DNA of 64,000 bases from Amoebidium appalachense (taxonomy: Eukaryota; Protista; Ichthyosporea): contig CAVNZM010000003.1 of assembly GCA_963693365.1 (NCBI GenBank), positions 15,477,675-15,541,674 of the forward strand, in the 5' to 3' direction. Under the pieces are notes generated by a model, which saw only the letters and a list, made by a program, of their open reading frames with translations, was not told the DNA's origin and did not search any database. The position numbers and the translations under genes were made by a program. Positions 57,064-64,000 of the stretch are shown one piece after another; within the stretch, counting starts at the first letter, position 1, and every line of letters begins with the position of its first letter.

Positions 57064-58423
57064 ATGAGAACTTCAAGCTCAAGCACACAGGTCCAGGCAT
57101 GCTTTCCATGGCCAATGCAGGGCCAAACACAAACGGGTCTCAGTTTTTCATCACCACCGTCAAGACGTCACATCTGGACGGCAAGCATGTGGTGTTCGGG
57201 AAGGTCACCAGCGGCATGGATGTGGTCAAAAAGGTCGAAAAGCAGGTATGAGGGTGGGTGTGTGGTTCAGGAGAAGGGGAGGGGGGGGGGGGGGGGGACA
57301 GGGGGTGGGGAGGGGGGAGGGGGCGGGGAGAGGGAGGATTAGCGGGGTTTTTTGACAGCGTGCTCCTGCATACACAAAGGCACACACACCCGCTTCGTCT
57401 CTTTCTCTCTTTCTCTTTCTCTTCCCCCCGTCCCTCCCCTTCACACTCATACACCCACCCACCCCCTCTCTCTTCATCTCATACACACACGGGCGCACAC
57501 ACACACAAAGGGGGCGGAGGGGATGGGAAGGGGGGGGGGGGGGGGGGTCTTTCACATGTACATTGACAATGTGGGGGTTATGAACCTTGACAAAAGCATA
57601 CACATCACAGGTGCATGCATACTTAACCCTACGTATCCTGCGATCATATGTGTGTGTGTGACTAGGAGGTTTGCTGTGTGGATGGTGCAGAGACGGGTGG
57701 CTGGCAGGGTTAGGGTAGTTTTACCGTTGTTCTGCCGTTTGTCCTTTTGTTATTTAGTTCGGTATCTGTCTGTTTTTTTTTGTTTTTTTTTCATTGGTTT
57801 CTCTTTTATTGGGGGGGGGGGGGGGGGGGGGTAAACCTCAACCGTGTCTGTGTGTTGGTGTTAATGCAACATGCACAGCTCCCTGCCCCCCCCCACCCCC
57901 CCCCGTGCTTTTTTTTTTTTGAAGGTTGTGCCTGGGGGATGATTTTGAGGGACCTGTAATGGAGTGGTATATTATCAGTGTGTACTGCGACAGGGTCTTT
58001 TGTGTAAAATGATGGTGCCGGTTGTTTATCTAGATCTGGCCGGGCGGAATGTGGGGGACTAGATGGGTTAATAAGACTACGACAAGAGGCATTCCCAGGG
58101 CACCCTCTCGCTCGCTTAATTTACGATATGTGACCCACATCTATTTCTGGAGATTGTCGGACCTACACCTGTGTCTCAACGAATGTTCCATCTCTTGGAG
58201 CTCCCCTTCTCCCCCTTCTCCCCCCCCCCCCCCCCCCCCTCCCTCCCCTCCTCCCTCCCTCCCATTCCACCTCCCCGTCTTTGAACACATGTTTAACCCT
58301 TGGTGTTCACAGGGCTCAGGTAGCGGCAAGACGTCTCTGCCGATCACGATAGTGGACTGTGGAGAGATCAAGGGGGGTGACTCGGCAAAGAAACAGAAGA
58401 GCGGCAGCAAGCTGGTCATGTAG
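46949..58423 (+). CDS. Tandem two-domain cyclophilin-type peptidyl-prolyl isomerase, 13 exons, ~377 aa
   Basis: Exons 46949-47032, 47830-47941, 49489-49509, 50228-50282 (one G missing in a G-run), 51488-51605, 52235-52299, 53128-53221, 53731-53831, 54819-54903, 55428-55475, 55869-55924, 57063-57245, 58313-58423. Two full CypA-like domains ([19 protein letters not shown], FMx[37 protein letters not shown]) joined by an in-frame linker. Confidence 0.88.
48320..48570. repeat. (GGGTGTGTGTAT/GGGTGTGTAT)n minisatellite in cyclophilin intron 2
   Basis: Direct inspection; 10-12-bp units. Confidence 0.85.
50594..51060. repeat. ~257-bp-period tandem duplication in cyclophilin intron 4
   Basis: CATCAATAGTGTGTCTGATGCCCATCG...CATCCAACCCCTCCATC at 50594 and 50851, separated by poly-C/(CA)n. 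Confidence 0.85.
51081..51285 (+). mobile_element. Family A (A1, diverged) 5'-truncated copy
   Basis: Aligns with 37109-37310 (-) from CTGAGTTGGAG to CGCATTCAA; C-rich flanks. Confidence 0.8.
54164..54682. repeat. Two diverged ~88-bp direct repeats in cyclophilin intron 8
   Basis: CTCGGT(T/C)CCCGGAAGATG...CATTGGCTGGTGTCGGAGGGCGGC at ~54164-54252 and ~54594-54682. Confidence 0.7.
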
Positions 58424-59024
58424 TGTGTTAAAGGCCTATGCTAATTGGTGTAGTGAGTTAAGGACCTAAGCCGATTGGCTAAAAATCACTGTGTGGTAGT
58501 AGTGGGGGTTATTCTTGAAGCCGTAGTACACCACATGCACCTTTTTTTTTTGCCCTTTGGGTGGTGGTGATAGCAGATCTAGGCCTGCAGGGTGCGGGTG
58601 GTCTGTGACAGCCCAGCCACTTGCACGAGCTAGTAATAGTTGCAATTGCTAAAATTAGCAGAACTCCCTTTTTCACTGTTACAGTATAAGAGTCGAACGG
58701 TTTGATTAGCACTTCTCTAAGATTGGAAGGATTTGTGGCTAACTTCTTAGATACCAGGAAAGATTTGGCGATATTCTATAGCAGAGGACTCCCTCGGTGC
58801 ACGTGTACAGAGATTGTGATCCTGAGATATAAAGAAATAAGACACCTGTGATTCCTCCCACCCCTCTTCTGCACCAACCCAAACGAACACATGACGACAC
58901 ACAGAACTGTGTTTAGTACATAGTATGCTGCGCACACACACCTGTCATTATCTTGATGTATGTGTTTGACCTTCTGGTGTGAGCGACTTTGGTGTCGGTG
59001 ATACCGTTGTTGTGTGTGTGTGAC

Positions 59025-59065
<41 letters not shown>

Positions 59066-59185
59066 CACAGTCACACGGTGTCTGTGTATATGTGCATGTG
59101 TGTGCGTGCGCGCGTGCTAAATTTATATGTTGTGTTTTGTTTGTGTGAAAGTTGATTTTCGCACACGAGCCCAGGGGTTCCAGGA

Positions 59186-59227
<42 letters not shown>

Positions 59228-61539
59228 TCCCCTTGCGTCCGACGTGACTAGGCCGCAAATAAGAATGAATAAAAAACAAAAAACCGTTGGCACAATGAAC
59301 TTTTGGGTTACTGAACACGCTGTCAAACAGCTGCCTTCACATGTACATTGCCAGTGGCACACCGTGTACTGCACAGATACTAGTCGGACTGTCACCGTGT
59401 ACCGGTCTGCATGAAAGAATTGCCTTTTTTGATATACACACTCTCAGGGTGCACCACACCGTGGATCATATTATTCACACTGCCCCATGTAAACAGTTGG
59501 ACTAGTTAAGATCTTGAAGGCAGAGTACAACTGAATCAAAATAAAGACAAAGAACGGGTAAAAAGGCACACGCGGCCAGGTTGCTTTTACCATGGGCCGA
59601 CTTAGTCTGTCTCAGATTTCACTGATGTGATCCCCGTACTGGGGCGGCTTTGTTATATAGCCCCCAGGTTTCGGATCAAGGCCCAGGATTGGTTCATCCG
59701 CGGCCAGCGCGGGCGGCAACATGCCATTCGTGATTTTGGTGCGGTCCGAGCCAGTCAGACCTTCGTCCTATTTATGCAAACATCTTATTGGTTCACTTCG
59801 TTTATGTGGTATGCAGCGGTAAAACCATATATGGTTCACTTCTTAGGTAAGATTGAATCCTATTGGTGCGGACATAATATCTATGTGATATTCGTGACAA
59901 AGCACGAATCGTGTGCTAGTACATCACATTCTTTAGTAAACATGTACAGTTCATGTGTACAGTTGTTTACACTCCCCCCCCCTTGTCGGGAGCCTGGTGG
60001 TGTCGTTAGACAAGGAAACCACCAGGCTGAGAGGCGATAAACAACCATCAGCAAAATTTCTTGTGCGCCGAGCTGCTGGGCAGAACAGAGCAAGGACGGT
60101 TGAATAGAGTTGTGCAAGTCTATGAGCACTTCTTCATTTGCCAAAACGTAAATTCATGCAGCATTCTTCTGTGTTTTCATTTTCGTGGCGGAGATTGTTG
60201 CAGTGTGCGTGCGAATTGTTCGCTTCGTCTCTGTGCTTTGCTTTTTCTGTAGAAGTAGTATTTTCCTGTTTGGGAATTTTTCCTTTTTAGGATACTCCCA
60301 CAGATTCGTTTTCAATATTAATTGCGAGTAGTTTGGTTGTGTGGATGAATGATCATACCAAACATTCGATAATGAATATAACTCAAGCCTTAGGTCACTT
60401 CGTAGCTCAGATAGTGGTGGATAGCTTCTTAGCCGCTGCCCCTTATCCCGGTTCTACCTTAAGATTATAAGGCGAGTCACCATGATGGCCAGAAAAGCCA
60501 CTTCTTTCATGAACAAAGAGAACTTCTTTCCTTTCAGCTTTAACCCTCAGGCTTCATCGGAGCTGGGAAAAACATGAATAAAAATGCCCTAAGTGTTCTT
60601 CGTTGGGCGACATAAAGAAATATATCAGCCCGTCAGAACCACTGGCAGTAAAACCCGGTTCACAATTCATAAGAAGAGGGTAGGCAAAGCAAGCCTTCTT
60701 CAGAAAACACATGCTTCCATTCGTGAGCAGTTTTCATATCCCATTTGCCAGCCATTTTCGTTGAGCAGGGGGATTCCAGGCATAATACATTCTTCTGGAG
60801 GCCGGGCCTCAAAAGAAAAGTTGTCACAGTCGCCCTTTCTTTTGTAAGCAACTTCGTGAGCGTGCTTCGTGTTTTCATATCCTCCAGTGCAGGTCTGGAT
60901 GGTGCCCCATCCTCTGCTTCATTTGTTAGGTGGCCCTGCTGTTGGTTCTGTTCGTTGTGTGGAATACCAAAACCATTCGTGTTCGTGGAACTGCTTTGTG
61001 CTGTGCTTTCATTCGTGTTGGTGTTCATGAATTTACCCCGCTCACACACCCTACTTCTCACATACATCAGATGTAAGTAGCTGCCTGGTGAGTGTGTGGT
61101 TCGTGTTCGTAGGGAAGACTTTCGTTGCTTCCTGAGAAGAGTCTTTCGTTTTAGCAGAGGCACCCAATAAGGCAGCTTGCTGGGTTGTCTTCCGCCTGTG
61201 CCCATTGGTTTGGTATGCACGTGCTAAATTGTTACAGTGTCATCACATTGCAAGGGAATAACATGGTCACCTCCGTACCAGGGCCTAGGCACACATGATG
61301 GTCCGATGTGTTAGTCAACAACACCTTGCATTCGTATTCGTATTCGTCTTCCACGTCACTTTCTTCAGTAGTGAAGGAGGGTATTCGTAAATCGAAACTG
61401 AAAGGCTTCCAGCCAAAATACTGACACTGTATGCTGAGGTTGTGAGGGAACGGTGCCCATACCACATTCGTTTGTTCTGGTGGGGGTGTGCCGGCAGCTA
61501 GTGCATCAGCAAAGATCACCCCCCATCCGAAACCTGTCC

Positions 61540-64000
61540 AGTACGACTTTAGGACGTCCTATCGTCGTTAAGATATCCAAAAGATAGGTTAGGATGGGTT
61601 TAGGATAACCCGGAATTTCAGGATGGCAAGGCGTCTGAAACACATCCCATATATATTAAATACGTCTGGCACGGATTCAAGACAGTGGACATCTGCAAGA
61701 CGTAGTAAAGTCGTCTGACAAGATGTCATACAGACACCTGGAAGTGCACTTATACCCATCAGCACAAGTCCGGATGTCCTTAGCCCCCCACTAAATTGTC
61801 CGATGGGTTGCGGATGCATGCGGGATACTATATGAAAGACGTCTTTCGGGTTTTCATGGCATGTCTTTTACTTCTTAATGATATCTTGGACGGATTGAGG
61901 ACATATTTTTATCATCCCGGAACATGGGGTAGTTAACAGATGTCCTAAAGACGTCTGCACTCATTCTACAGGATGTCTATGAGAGATACCGATACATATT
62001 ATATAGATGTCACGGTGTAAGATGCATTATACACGCAAGTAAGTTGACATAAGGCGCTCGTGGGATGGGCGTAGAGATATGTTAAAGATATACTGCGGAG
62101 ATCTTAGTACAATCTTTATCCTCTCTTAATCCCGTATGGCCATGCAACATGTGCGAAACGAACTGATTGCGTTAGGATGTCGTCAGGATATATCACAGCT
62201 AGGCAGTGGATCATCTAAGGAGATCTTTGGAGAGTTCTTTTGTAGCGCTATTGGCCATCCAAATTATATCTTCAAGACAGGCCATGTCTGTGCATGTGAT
62301 ATGCTAACGCAATCTTAGGCAAGGGGTGGTACCTTTCTGCGATCTTCACGCCCTATTTGGGGTAGCTTAAAGATGTTCAGAGTTGCAATTACTAGGTATT
62401 GTGTTAGGATTACTTTAAGACCTCCTTAAGGGTTTAATGGGATCGATTTAGATGATCTTTAAGTGTTCCCTGGGATAGAAAAGCAAAGCACGTATCGCTA
62501 TCCTCAGCCACGGCCTCGTCACCACCCGGTCAATGCCGATACCCAGGACCACGATCCATGATGCGCGGGTTAGCTCAATATATACGGCGGGAAAAGGGAT
62601 TGTGCATTTGATTGTGGGATAGATCACTCCAACGTTTTTGATTGGTTGTTTTTTAGGATCGAATTTCACACTGCATTCGAAACAATGAAGGCGTCACAAG
62701 GTAGGCTTTTATTGAAACATGAAACATGAAGGTGTCGCGCAGGTGCGCACGAGGCGTTGATAGCCAATGGAAACAAAGATTTACTGGAGGAGTGCAAAAC
62801 AGAATCCGAAGCACTGTTATCATTGCAATCATGATCCGTCTAATGTAAGTAAAACTGGGGCATTCAACTGCCAAATACAGAAGATTTAGTCATAATAATA
62901 TTTAAGGTACCTATAAATTAGGCGAGATACCTTGGTAAACGGTGCAATGCCTGCGCGGAGCAAGTGGCCGGTGCGTGGAATTTACCCTAAATAAACACAA
63001 TAAAAAATAAAAATAAAAAAAATGCACAAAAAACGCAAAGAAACGCAAAGATATATATCGCATACCTTAGGAAGGTCCTAAGAATATCCTCACGCTATAC
63101 TAGAGCTATACTTACTATTTTTTCAGTACGTCCTGAATAAGTACGCCAACCATGATACCTGAAACTGCAGTGCGGATCGCCGACCATAAAACTCCTTACA
63201 CCCCACCACCCTAAGATATACTCCCTCCTCACCTTCTTGCAGTCTAATATAGCAGCTGTTGTATGGGAATATTTTCTTTTCACTGGAAGAGGCAGATCCC
63301 CCCGAGGAGTCCCCCGTGCTTCAGCAGGCGTTAAGCCCGCTAGGAACAACTGCAGCTGTAGCGGCAGGAACTTTAGGCAATTGCCACGTCCTTCAAGCCC
63401 GGGGCTGGGGTCGAAGTTCCCTTCTGATGCAAAATAGGCATACTGGACCAGCTTTGCAACATCAGCAAACTTCATCCGGCATCCGAAACCCATCTTATAT
63501 ATCATTTTGATATATGGCATACCAAACCCCACCCTAAATACGTCAAAAAGAGCCTGACAAGATATCATAACATTCCCGGATAGAACCCATCAGATCCCTA
63601 TCAATGATATCTTTGATAGGGTTCGGATTGGTTATGGTATGGCGCATATCTGAAACCCATCCTTTACTGATATCCTTACGATATCCTTACGATATCATAG
63701 AAAACCACGATGGTTTTGGTTTTTGACCGAAAATCTCAAAATTTCCTCATAGCATTATGATATCCATATGCTATCCTAGTGATATGTATGTTAGCAAGGT
63801 CATAATAGCTCTTTTGGATATGTTTCACATACGTTTAGGATATTGGTGCCCCAAACGATATCTGTTAGATGTCTTTGTTATAGCCTACAGATATCCCTCA
63901 TTATAGAATATCTTAATCCCATCCAATACGCATTACATGACGATATCTACCTGATGTCGTGGGACAATACAAATTGATATCCACGTGATATCTGATGGAT
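61540..64000. repeat. Degenerate 11-bp-period GAYRTC palindrome arrays (61540-62470 and ~63520-64000), likely DNA-transposon subterminal repeats
   Basis: GAYRTC-like hexamers at 61688/61699/61710, 61939/61950/61972, 63669/63680/63691, 63857/63868/63890, 63942/63953, 63976/63987. Confidence 0.55.

Noticed and set aside
63095-63568. 157-aa minus-strand ORF as a gene
   Set aside because: No recognisable domain, and its start overlaps the phased repeat array.

Overview
Eukaryotic, intron-rich genomic DNA. The gene content suggests an opisthokont, possibly a unicellular holozoan; this is inference only. Introns and intergenic DNA are saturated with poly-C/poly-G and (CA)n/(TG)n tracts, so most ORFs in the supplied track are low-complexity artefacts. 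Four spliced genes were rebuilt by hand: PSMG1/PAC1 (707-9617 +), a SLC25A20-like carnitine/acylcarnitine carrier (14518-20906 +), an FHA-forkhead FOXK/Fkh-like factor (45597-38230 -) and a tandem two-domain cyclophilin (46949-58423 +). Mobile DNA comprises a decayed LINE RT, a near-intact Ty1/copia element, a four-LTR tandem-array TRIM that appears to have moved as one unit, foldback elements, and a right-end block with 11-bp-phased GAYRTC palindromes. The most unusual signal is a family of at least 10 short, 5'-truncated, structured retroposon copies. They end in poly-C, nearly all sit inside C-tracts, all lie sense to the host gene, they share a CUGANGA-bearing stem-loop, and one locus is a head-to-tail tandem joined by C7. 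In addition, many 3' splice sites use (CA)n in place of a polypyrimidine tract.
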